From: Paenibacillus wynnii
GTDB taxonomy: Bacteria > Bacillota > Bacilli > Paenibacillales > Paenibacillaceae
DNA length: 24,000 nt
Assembly: GCF_000757885.1 (NCBI RefSeq)
Contig: NZ_JQCR01000001.1
Location: forward strand, 505,812 to 529,811
Reading direction: 5' to 3'
Below, in pieces: positions 1 through 7,260 of this stretch. The translations under genes were made by a program, and so were the position numbers. Under the pieces are notes generated by a model that was given only the letters and a program-made list of their open reading frames with translations, ran no database searches and was not told the DNA's origin. Position 1 is the first letter of the stretch, and each line of letters opens with the position of its first letter.

Positions 1-1730
1 TGAATATTAATTCGAGTGCCTTCACCTTTCCGGCTATCAATTACCATTACTGCACTCTGCTCGTCCTTTCCCGTGAAAAACAGTTGAAGTCTCCTCTGCA
101 CATTTGCAATTCCGACACCGGAATCTTTAGAAGAAGTCACCTTCCCGCTCTCGAGCTCTTCCAGAAGAGAACTCAGCTTGTCTTCGTCCATTCCTACACC
201 GTCGTCTTCTACCGTAATGGCGATTCGTTCTCCGTCGCGAGCGACCTTCAGCCTTACCCGGCCAGGTTCAATCTTACTCTCGACACCATGTAATATGGCA
301 TTTTCCACCAGCGGCTGCAACAACAGTCTGGGCAGGTCGACATCCCCCAATTCGGGAGGAGACTCAATTTCCCAATCCAGGCGCTCTTCAAATCTCATTT
401 TCATGATTAGTAAATATCGCCTCACATGCTCCAATTCATCGCTCAGCTTCACCCATCCACTTTTGTTCGGCCCGGTGATGGTATACCGGAACAAATCAGA
501 CATGGCGACTACATACCCGGCCAGCTCGTCTTCATCCTTATCCAACAGTGACCAGTACAGAACATCCAGAGTATTGAACAAAAAATGCGGATTGATTTGC
601 GCTTGAAGTGCCTTTAACTCGGTGTGGCTCCGGGATAGCTCTTTCTCATAAACCAACTGGATCAGCTCGTTAATGTTATCAACCATTTTATTATATGAAT
701 AATTCAGCTCCTGAATTTCCATGGTGGACGACACGTTTTCGATGGACTTCAGAATACCGAGACTGGTACCTCTCATGGCTTTGATCAGCTTAAAAACAGG
801 TCGAGTAATGAGGGTAGATAGGAAAAAAGAGAGCAAGGTGAATAAAATGGTGCCCATGATGGCCGATACGACGATAGTCATCCGCAATACCGATATGCCT
901 TCGGTGATGACGTTAACCGGTGTTAAAATGAGAAGCGTCCATCCCGTTACGGAAGATCGCTGCTTGACGACCACAAAGGACTTCTTGCCGATGGAAGCGA
1001 CCTGATCGCCTCCTCCCTTCGCTAGCATGGACGCCGTCTCTTGCGAAATGGTTTCATCATTAGAGGTGATGAGCTGGCCGTCGGAAGCGAGGAGCAACAC
1101 CGTCTCCCGTTCCTCTTCTTCAGACAAGGAACCGTTCAGTGCAAACTTGCTGCGGTCTGAGCGGATGAGCAAATACCCGCCTGTCATGAAATGCCTATCG
1201 ATGAGGCTGATCTGCCGAATCGCCACAAGTGATGTGGAATCAAGCGGGTCGATGCCGAACCAGACGAGGCTTCCTTCCTTCTTGGTCGCCATTGTAATCC
1301 AATCCTCAGGTACCTTATCTCTCAGGCTGCTCTCGTCAAGAGGGTACAGCCTCGCTCCGTCTTTGTTGTAAAGCCCAACCGATTTGATGCCTTCCGTGTA
1401 CATTTGAACCAGATTGATAATGGGTGGCAGCGCCTGCCGCTCTGCAAAGGTAGCGGGCTTTCCCTCTATATCCCGTAAAAGCAGTTGCTGGATATACTCG
1501 TTGGTCGCTACCAGCGTCGTGAGAGAATTGATCTGTTCGAGAATGCCCTCCAGGCGGCCGTTGGCCTGAATCGCGGTTTGTTGAATATGCTTTTCCGCGT
1601 TATTCTTGAGCAGCGTCGAGACCGAATGAAAGGTAATCCCCCCAACGAACGTCAGAATGATGAGCATGACAGCGAGAAAACCAACCAGCATTTGATTCCG
1701 CAGCGTATTAAACTTTAACCTCGATAACAT
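1..1730 (-). CDS. Sensor histidine kinase, YesM/LytS-type (TM - extracytoplasmic region - TM - HAMP - His_kinase - HATPase_c); 3' end runs off the window
   Basis: Hand translation of the minus strand from ATG at 1730-1728 gives MLSRLKFNTLRNQMLVGFLAVMLIILTFVGG..., open all the way to position 1. Diagnostic motifs: ELKALQAQINPHFLFNTLD (H-box of the PF06580 His_kinase type), LLQPLVENAILHG (N-box), VEDDGVGMD (G1), SGVGIANVQRRL (G2). It is absent from the ORF track because no stop codon lies inside the window. The plus-strand ORFs at 84-1718 are Ser-rich shadow frames of this gene. Confidence 0.9.
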   Translation of the reverse strand, partial: MLSRLKFNTLRNQMLVGFLAVMLIILTFVGGITFHSVSTLLKNNAEKHIQQTAIQANGRLEGILEQINSLTTLVATNEYIQQLLLRDIEGKPATFAERQALPPIINLVQMYTEGIKSVGLYNKDGARLYPLDESSLRDKVPEDWITMATKKEGSLVWFGIDPLDSTSLVAIRQISLIDRHFMTGGYLLIRSDRSKFALNGSLSEEEERETVLLLASDGQLITSNDETISQETASMLAKGGGDQVASIGKKSFVVVKQRSSVTGWTLLILTPVNVITEGISVLRMTIVVSAIMGTILFTLLSFFLSTLITRPVFKLIKAMRGTSLGILKSIENVSSTMEIQELNYSYNKMVDNINELIQLVYEKELSRSHTELKALQAQINPHFLFNTLDVLYWSLLDKDEDELAGYVVAMSDLFRYTITGPNKSGWVKLSDELEHVRRYLLIMKMRFEERLDWEIESPPELGDVDLPRLLLQPLVENAILHGVESKIEPGRVRLKVARDGERIAITVEDDGVGMDEDKLSSLLEELESGKVTSSKDSGVGIANVQRRLQLFFTGKDEQSAVMVIDSRKGEGTRINI

Positions 1731-2185
1731 CCCCCGCACTCATTCTCCCCTCCCTTCGTCGTCGGATCATAAGAACGATCACCCGCGTCGAGATAAGTAA
1801 GGGCTTTCAACCCTTTTTGTCATTATATTAGCATGTTTACTAATTATTCGCTAAGGAAGAATTGTTGAAAATTGTTGAAAGCTGCCTTACCCGCACACAA
1901 AAAGTGAAATGCTGTTACTCGGATCCGACAAGCGCAGCGATAGCATCAACCCCCAAGTAAGCCAGATTAAAAAATACCCCAGGAGTTAATTCAACGTTTG
2001 TCTTTGGCATCCCTGAGGGTTGGAATACCTTTTTCTGCATATATTGAGAATAAGCCAGTCATGTCATCTGACATTTTTGCACTATCTTAAATGACAAGAG
2101 AACCCGTAAGATATGGATATATTACATAGAAGGGATGATGAAATTCATGAATAAAACGATCCGATGTTTCATCCAAAATGACGTA

Positions 2186-2218
2186 TTGCGAACCACACTA
2201 ACCTTCGTATAATACGAA
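2186..2218 (+). promoter_or_regulatory. Candidate sigma-A promoter (TTGCGA-16 nt-TATAAT) with an overlapping 15-bp palindrome TTCGTATAATACGAA
   Basis: -35 TTGCGA at 2186-2191, 16-nt spacer, -10 TATAAT at 2208-2213, about 85 nt upstream of the 2297 ATG. A perfect palindrome at 2204-2218 embeds the -10. ACGAACG/ACGAAG half-site-like repeats recur at about 2213-2219, 2228-2234 and 2261-2271. Confidence 0.4.
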
Positions 2219-2296
2219 CGCGTACAAACGAAGATCTACACAGATATCACCACTCAGCCTTACGAACGAAGAATACGATTAGAGGAATCTTTATGG

Positions 2297-2764
2297 ATGC
2301 AAGCTAAAGCGGAATTTTTGGATAGACGCAATTGGATCGCAATCGGCTGGTTGATGTTGAAGTTTTTAATAGGACTACTATGTCTCCTGAGTGTTGTCGT
2401 GCTTTTCGTGACGCCTCTTCTGTTTATTCTTACTCCACTATTCTTTCATTTTTTTGACATCTACTTGGTTGGAATACAGATAGATACATTCACGAAGTCA
2501 CTTGTTATTATGGCTATGGGGGTTATTTTTGCTTTTATAAGTTCCAGGCTATTGAATGTCTTGGTTCGACTGATAGGAAGTTACACGCTTCAAATGACAA
2601 AAATGTTAAACCGGATTCAAACCACATTTCAGGATACGGGGAAGGCCCATGAGGTTATGCGGAGCGGAGCAGAAGGTTATGCCTCATCAGCCTATTTGAA
2701 ATTGGGAGTTCGTAACCGGGAAGAAGCAGTACTGAAGGCATTGGAAGTCGAAATCCTCAAATAA
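2297..2764 (+). CDS. Hypothetical small membrane protein; multi-TM N-terminal region plus a C-terminal fragment resembling the last helix of a LuxR/GerE HTH
   Basis: 155-aa ORF with a GAGGAA RBS about 10 nt upstream. Residues about 12-100 are hydrophobic (IGWLMLKFLIGLLCLLSVVVLFVTPLLFILTPLFF..., LVIMAMGVIFAFISS). The C-terminus LKLGVRNREEAVLKALEVEIL matches the KLgvrnRteAv..A...gl end of GerE/LuxR domains, but the rest of the HTH is missing. Confidence 0.55.
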   Translation: MQAKAEFLDRRNWIAIGWLMLKFLIGLLCLLSVVVLFVTPLLFILTPLFFHFFDIYLVGIQIDTFTKSLVIMAMGVIFAFISSRLLNVLVRLIGSYTLQMTKMLNRIQTTFQDTGKAHEVMRSGAEGYASSAYLKLGVRNREEAVLKALEVEILK

Positions 2765-2774
2765 ATCACCGCGA

Positions 2775-3017
2775 TTATTGATTGAAATTATAGATTTTAT
2801 GAAGAGCTAAGTTAACTAAGTCGTTATATTCATTCTTTACACTAATTAGATTGTTAATTGCACTATTATATTCAATTTTAAATGAGTCCAGTTGGGTTTG
2901 ATTCCTATCATTAGTATACTCTTTTAAATATTCTAGAGCCTTCAAATACTGATCAGACAATTGGCTTATTTGATATATTGCCGTTGGTTTATCCGGAAAA
3001 CCTGTTTTTAAGCTCAA
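2775..3017 (-). CDS. Hypothetical 80-aa helical protein (AT-rich, TTG start)
   Basis: ORF-track ORF. The start codon is TTG (caa at 3015-3017), preceded by AGGGGTG. The composition is Asn/Lys/Tyr/Glu-rich and probably helical. I recognise no family. Confidence 0.4.
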   Translation of the reverse strand: MSLKTGFPDKPTAIYQISQLSDQYLKALEYLKEYTNDRNQTQLDSFKIEYNSAINNLISVKNEYNDLVNLALHKIYNFNQ

Positions 3018-3350
3018 ATTGTCACCCCTACTGGAATCTTTTATACTTATTAACTTCTAATGCTTCGATGGCTACAATAGCCTGGGGGTCCTTCTCTAAG
3101 ATTTGAATTAAAATAAATGATATATATAGATTGTACTTGGGCTTTACTATTAGGGAGTGTGGTAGTAACTACGGTAATGTGTACTTCGAACTCCCAACCA
3201 CAAGCAGCCAAACGGAAATTATAAGGTGTTCATGTAGGACAACGCGGAAAGAACGACTCAACAGATTTGATTGTTCTCGAGTAACGGATAATTACAAGTT
3301 TGTTTTAGATCCAATTTGCTACCAGGAGTCTGAATCCGTGGCAAATAAAG

Positions 3351-3552
3351 TTTAGAGGGAAAATTTCCCTGTAAATCACATATAAAACCTTGTAATCAGC
3401 ATTTAGAGGGATTTATTCCCTCTAAATGCAAGAGGATTACCCACATGGAGGCTTTTTGAGGCTAAAACCTAAACTTAGAGGGAATTATTACCACTAAATA
3501 ACTCAATAGGGGGTTCAAACCCTAAATTAGTAGGAAAAATTCCTTCTAATAT
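3351..3552. repeat. Array of four imperfect 26-bp palindromic repeats, consensus TTTAGAGGGAA-N4-TTCCCTCTAAAT
   Basis: R1 3351-3376 TTTAGAGGGAAAATTTCCCTGTAAAT. R2 3402-3427 TTTAGAGGGATTTATTCCCTCTAAAT. R3 3474-3499 CTTAGAGGGAATTATTACCACTAAAT. R4 3526-3551 ATTAGTAGGAAAAATTCCTTCTAATA. Spacers are 25, 46 and 26 nt. R2-R4 are each preceded by an AAAACCT/AAACCCT-like motif. Each unit can fold into a 10-11 bp stem with a 4-nt loop. Confidence 0.85.
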
Positions 3553-4187
3553 ATGTTGAACAAACTTGGAACTATAGGCGCGATACAACTGCCCGAAAGC
3601 ATAAGCTGTCTCCGGATTTCAACCGCTTAAAACCGGGTTAAATCTAAGAAAATTTTACGACAACAGCGGCCGGAAGTCCAAATCTTTACTGTAGTGACGC
3701 CTGAGCCTTAAGTTAATATCTTAAGTTCATCTGATATAGAACTATTTATTTTCTCGAAACTTTGAATTCTGGCACGATTAAAAGATTGAGGAGTTTCTAT
3801 ACTCTTATGTACGGGTTTCGATTGTCAATAATCTCAAAACTATTTCCTTTTTTCACTGCATAAAATCCATTTTGTTTTAACATATAAATGGGTACCAATG
3901 TAGGTTATCAACTATGATAGCCGTAACCCTATCGGTTGGTTTAAGTTCTTTTCTTTGCCATTTGATATTGATAACGAGAAAACCTTTAAATGCAAATCGA
4001 AATAACTCTTCTCATAACACATTCCTCTCTTGTAATTCTCCCATCCAAATTAATGAAATGTTATTTATGACGAAATTTATTCAATCTAGCTTCGGCAATG
4101 AGCATGGAAGTGGAAAGACTGTCGCTGCGGCTTCCCTCGTCCTCTTCTGAAATACAAGCGAGAAGGAGACTGCAAAAAAAGAGTCGT

Positions 4188-4220
4188 AAAACAAAATAAA
4201 AAGCACCACTTGGGTGCTTT
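4188..4220 (-). terminator. Rho-independent terminator of the PadR-ABC operon
   Basis: Minus strand reads AAAGCACC-CAAGT-GGTGCTTT followed by TTATTTTGTTTT, about 80 nt downstream of the permease stop at 4303. Confidence 0.8.
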
Positions 4221-4302
4221 AAGCCGAACTAATATTTCGGCACTTGGGAAATGCACTGCAAATAGAATTCATGTTGTTTAATACAGAAAATCTGTCTTTT
4301 TT

Positions 4303-5070
4303 TCACATCCGCTTTTTATACACCCGCATTGCAAAGAAATAGGCTACGAACAAAATCCCGACGCACCACGCAAGAGCGACCCATATATCATTGCCCACCG
4401 GTTGACCTGACAGTAGCGCACGTATGGCTTCTACGATCGAGGTCACCGGCTGGTTTTCGGCAAAAGCACGAACGACCGACGGCATCGACTCGGTTGGCAC
4501 AAACGCGGAGCTGATAAACGGTAGGAAGATAAGTGGATAGGAGAAGGCGCTTGCACCTTCCACCGAATTTGCAGACAGTCCGGCAATTGCTGCGACCCAA
4601 GTTAACGCCAGTGTAAACAGTATGAGTATGCCGGCCACTGCAAGCCATGGCAGGAGCCCAGCCGATGACCGAAAGCCCATAATGAGCGCTACGAGAATGA
4701 TTACGACAACAGAAATGACGTTGGATACCACCGAGGTCAGCACGTGCCCCCACAGCACGGAAGAACGCGCAATCGGCATGGAGTGGAACCGCTCAATTAT
4801 ACCCCGCTGCTTATCTAAAAACAGGCGGTACGCCGTATAGGATATACCGCTTGCAATCGCAATAAGTAGGATGCCGGGCAACAGGTAATTCACATAGTTA
4901 TCCGTTCCGGTTTGAATGGCACCGCCTAACACATAGACGAACAGCAGCATCATCGCAATCGGAGTGATGCAGACCGTGATGATGGTGTCCATACTGCGGG
5001 TAATATGGCGCATGGAACGTCCAAGCATAACGCCCATATCGCTGAAAAAGTGCTTCTTAGCCGCCTCCAT
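4303..5070 (-). CDS. ABC-2 type transporter permease (DrrB-like)
   Basis: 255 aa with six predicted hydrophobic segments. The layout is typical of ABC-2 family exporters. Its ATG at 5070 directly abuts the stop of the upstream ATPase gene at 5071, consistent with translational coupling. Confidence 0.9.
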   Translation of the reverse strand: MEAAKKHFFSDMGVMLGRSMRHITRSMDTIITVCITPIAMMLLFVYVLGGAIQTGTDNYVNYLLPGILLIAIASGISYTAYRLFLDKQRGIIERFHSMPIARSSVLWGHVLTSVVSNVISVVVIILVALIMGFRSSAGLLPWLAVAGILILFTLALTWVAAIAGLSANSVEGASAFSYPLIFLPFISSAFVPTESMPSVVRAFAENQPVTSIVEAIRALLSGQPVGNDIWVALAWCVGILFVAYFFAMRVYKKRM

Positions 5071-5832
5071 TTACTTTCCCTCCTTTTTGCCGATGATTTC
5101 GAGGAATATATCCTCCAATGTAGGCTGTTTTTCAACATACTCCACCTTTGCGGGCGGGAACAGGTTCTTTAGCTCCGAGAGCGTGCCGTTGGCAATGATC
5201 CTGCCCTCATGCAGAATGGCAATTCGGTCGGCAAGCTGCTCTGCCTCCTCCAAATACTGCGTGGTCAGGAATACCGTCGTGCCGCCATTCGCCAGCTCCT
5301 TGACAATCTTCCAAGCCTCAATGCGTGCCTCGGGGTCAAGCCCTGTAGTTGGCTCATCGAGGAAAATGACCTGCGGTTTTCCTATGAGGCTCATGGCGAT
5401 ATCAAGCCTGCGGCGCATACCACCCGAATAAGTAGACACCCTGCGATCGGCTGCGTTTATCAGGCCGAAGCGTTGAAGTAAACCGTCTGCTACCTGACGC
5501 GGATTGCCCAGGTATCGCAGCTTGGCAATCATAATAAGGTTTTCCCGGCCAGTCAAAATTTCGTCCACGGCGGCAAATTGCCCGGTCAGACTAATCGCCT
5601 GCCGCACATTCTCGGGATTTGACGCAACATCGAATCCATTTACGATGGCGGTTCCGCTGTCCTGTTTGAGCAGCGTGGTGAGAATTTTGACAACGGTGGT
5701 CTTGCCCGCCCCGTTGGAGCCGAGCAGCGCGAAAATACTGCCCTCTACCACCTCGAAATCTACGCCCTTTAGGACTTGTAGCTTCTTGTAGGACTTTTGT
5801 AGGCCAATGACTTGAATCGACTTGTTTTGCAT
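5071..5832 (-). CDS. ABC transporter ATP-binding protein (DrrA/daunorubicin-resistance family type)
   Basis: Walker A GSNGAGKTT, signature YSGGMRRRLDIA, Walker B VIFLDEPTTGLD, H-loop region LTTQYLEEAE. Strong RBS GGAGGGGGAAAT immediately before the ATG. Confidence 0.93.
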   Translation of the reverse strand: MQNKSIQVIGLQKSYKKLQVLKGVDFEVVEGSIFALLGSNGAGKTTVVKILTTLLKQDSGTAIVNGFDVASNPENVRQAISLTGQFAAVDEILTGRENLIMIAKLRYLGNPRQVADGLLQRFGLINAADRRVSTYSGGMRRRLDIAMSLIGKPQVIFLDEPTTGLDPEARIEAWKIVKELANGGTTVFLTTQYLEEAEQLADRIAILHEGRIIANGTLSELKNLFPPAKVEYVEKQPTLEDIFLEIIGKKEGK

Positions 5833-5844
5833 ATTTCCCCCTCC

Positions 5845-6711
5845 TTATATAACAGTAACTTTTGACAAATCGGCATCCATGCCTTTAAGAGCGGCATAGG
5901 TCAGCTTATCCATCATCGCGCCGTCAAAGCAGATGGTCTTGATAGCACGATAAAATTTCTTGGACAAAGTAAAGCCCGAAAGGAACGATACATTTTTGAG
6001 TATCGCACCTTTAAACGAAACTCCGTTCAGCCCCGACTTGTCAAACTTAACGCTGATAAACGTCTGACCGTCAAAACATTGCCCGCTCAGATCGGAATAT
6101 TTGAAGTCCACGCCGTCAAAGATGCATTTATCGAAGATTGTTTTTCTGAGGTCGGTCGTGGTCAACTTGACGTCGGTCAGTTTTACGCCTATGAATTTTG
6201 CTCCGTCTAGCCCCGACGAGCTGTAATTGGTGCGCACAAGGATTGATTTATTGAAGCTCGCATCCGAAAGATCAAGCGCGGTGAAGCTGCAGTCCGTCAG
6301 GTTAGCGCCATCAAAATTGGCTTCGCGTATGTCGCTGCCCTTAAACGAACTGCCGGTCAAATCAGCGCCTGAAAAGTTAGAACCGTGCAGCGCGCTGCCC
6401 TTAAACTGTCCATTATGAGCCGTAACGCCTGCAAAGTCGCTTTGCGCCAGGTTGCTTGCGTTAAAGTTTATCAGCACTTGCCTCTCCAACGAGCGGGAAA
6501 GATTGGCGACCTCCAGTATCGTTTCCTCGATGTCGCCGATGCTCTCAATGGTCATTTTAAAAGCTGTTTCATCATCTTTACCTTCGGCTATGAGTTCACG
6601 GTACCTCTCCTGTAAATCAGAGTGCAGGTCGGTCTTTAATTCGGTGACACTTTTCACTCCTTCGTATGACGTAAATACACCGTTCACATAATTCGTCAAT
6701 TTCTGATTCAT
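5845..6711 (-). CDS. Pentapeptide-repeat protein with an about 85-aa N-terminal helical module of the kind that follows PadR regulators
   Basis: About 200 aa of tandem A(D/N)LxX-type pentapeptides (ASNLAQSDFAGVTAHNGQFKGSALHGSNFSGADLTGSSFKGSDIREANFDGANLTDCSFTALDLSDASF...). N-terminus is MNQKLTNYVNGVFTSYEGVKSVTELKTDLHSDLQERYRELIAEGKDDETAFKMTIESIGDIEE. I moved the start from the ORF-track 6765 (inside padR) to ATG 6711, which has a GGAG RBS in the 14-nt gap after the padR stop. Confidence 0.88.
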   Translation of the reverse strand: MNQKLTNYVNGVFTSYEGVKSVTELKTDLHSDLQERYRELIAEGKDDETAFKMTIESIGDIEETILEVANLSRSLERQVLINFNASNLAQSDFAGVTAHNGQFKGSALHGSNFSGADLTGSSFKGSDIREANFDGANLTDCSFTALDLSDASFNKSILVRTNYSSSGLDGAKFIGVKLTDVKLTTTDLRKTIFDKCIFDGVDFKYSDLSGQCFDGQTFISVKFDKSGLNGVSFKGAILKNVSFLSGFTLSKKFYRAIKTICFDGAMMDKLTYAALKGMDADLSKVTVI

Positions 6712-6725
6712 ATCATCACATCTCC

Positions 6726-7055
6726 TTATAATAAGTTTTCTAGTACGCGCTTTGAGTACTCCCAATTGCTTTTGTTGCGATCGTAAGCCGCCTTACCCTT
6801 TTCGGTAATTCTAAAATATTTGCGGCGTCCGCCCTGAGATTCATCGCCCCAATACCACTCGATATCGCCGTCGTTCTCAAGCCGCCGGACGCTGGAGTAC
6901 ATCGTGGCTTCCTTTAATTCATATTCGCCGCCCGAGCGCTCGGCAATCAGCTTGACAATCTCGTACCCGTAGCGGTCCGCTTCGGATAAGAGCCGTAAAA
7001 TCATCGTATCGGTATGTCCGCGCAGCAGGTCGGATGTAATTTTGTTCTCGCTCAT
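6726..7055 (-). CDS. PadR family transcriptional regulator
   Basis: 109 aa. Winged-HTH signature LLRGHTDTMILRLLSEADRYGYEIVKLIAE...ATMYSSVRRLENDGDIEWYWGDESQGGRRKYFRITEKG. GGAGG RBS at 7063-7067. Confidence 0.93.
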   Translation of the reverse strand: MSENKITSDLLRGHTDTMILRLLSEADRYGYEIVKLIAERSGGEYELKEATMYSSVRRLENDGDIEWYWGDESQGGRRKYFRITEKGKAAYDRNKSNWEYSKRVLENLL

Positions 7056-7075
7056 ATAATCACCTCCGCATTTGT

Positions 7076-7104
7076 ATAATACGACATAGTACTATGACTG
7101 TCAA
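7076..7104 (-). promoter_or_regulatory. Sigma-A promoter of the PadR operon with an embedded 12-bp palindromic operator candidate
   Basis: Minus strand reads TTGACA (7104-7099), a 17-nt spacer, then TATTAT (7081-7076). The spacer contains the perfect palindrome CATAGTACTATG (7085-7096). Confidence 0.75.
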
Positions 7105-7161
7105 GGTAGTGTTTTAAGTTAGGTACTTTGTTTGAAAAATAAACTTCCATCTTCCCCCACC

Positions 7162-7210
7162 AAAAAAAAGTGGTCCCGAATGATTCTAGATCATCGGGAC
7201 CACTTTTTTT
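7162..7210. terminator. Bidirectional rho-independent terminator (ends the ABC-F transcript; insulates the PadR promoter)
   Basis: AAAAAAAA-GTGGTCCCGA(atgattctagatca)TCGGGACCAC-TTTTTTT. The 10-bp GC-rich stem has an A-run and a T-run on either side, about 50 nt downstream of the ABC-F stop at 7261. Confidence 0.85.
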
Positions 7211-7260
7211 GGTGTTTAGTTATTACTAATCGAGCTTCAAGAACCAACTAGGGTTATGAT

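Noticed and set aside
84-1718. Five plus-strand ORFs (69-142 aa) in the ORF track
   Set aside because: They are Ser/Arg-rich low-complexity translations lying antisense to a continuous, motif-rich histidine kinase frame on the minus strand. They are shadow ORFs.
3131-3355. 74-aa plus-strand ORF (TTG start) just upstream of the repeat array
   Set aside because: It has no RBS, an odd Cys/Arg-rich composition and no recognisable fold, and it sits in a region full of broken frames. Treated as non-coding.
3351-3552. CRISPR array interpretation of the four palindromic repeats
   Set aside because: The repeats are only 26 bp and diverge strongly from copy to copy. The spacers are irregular (25/46/26 nt) and partly share sequence. 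There are only four units, no leader-like organisation and no cas genes in the window. This fits palindromic binding sites or REP/MITE-like elements better.
3914-4150. 78-aa plus-strand ORF
   Set aside because: It has no RBS, is antisense to the decayed minus-strand frames, and has low-complexity composition. Probably spurious.
4329-6691. Numerous antisense/overlapping ORFs inside the ABC permease, ABC ATPase and pentapeptide genes; the same occurs inside glmS, glmM, cdaR, ppc and the tail fibre
   Set aside because: All are embedded in strongly supported genes on the other strand or in another frame. They have Arg/Ser/Pro-rich shadow composition and no independent translation signals.
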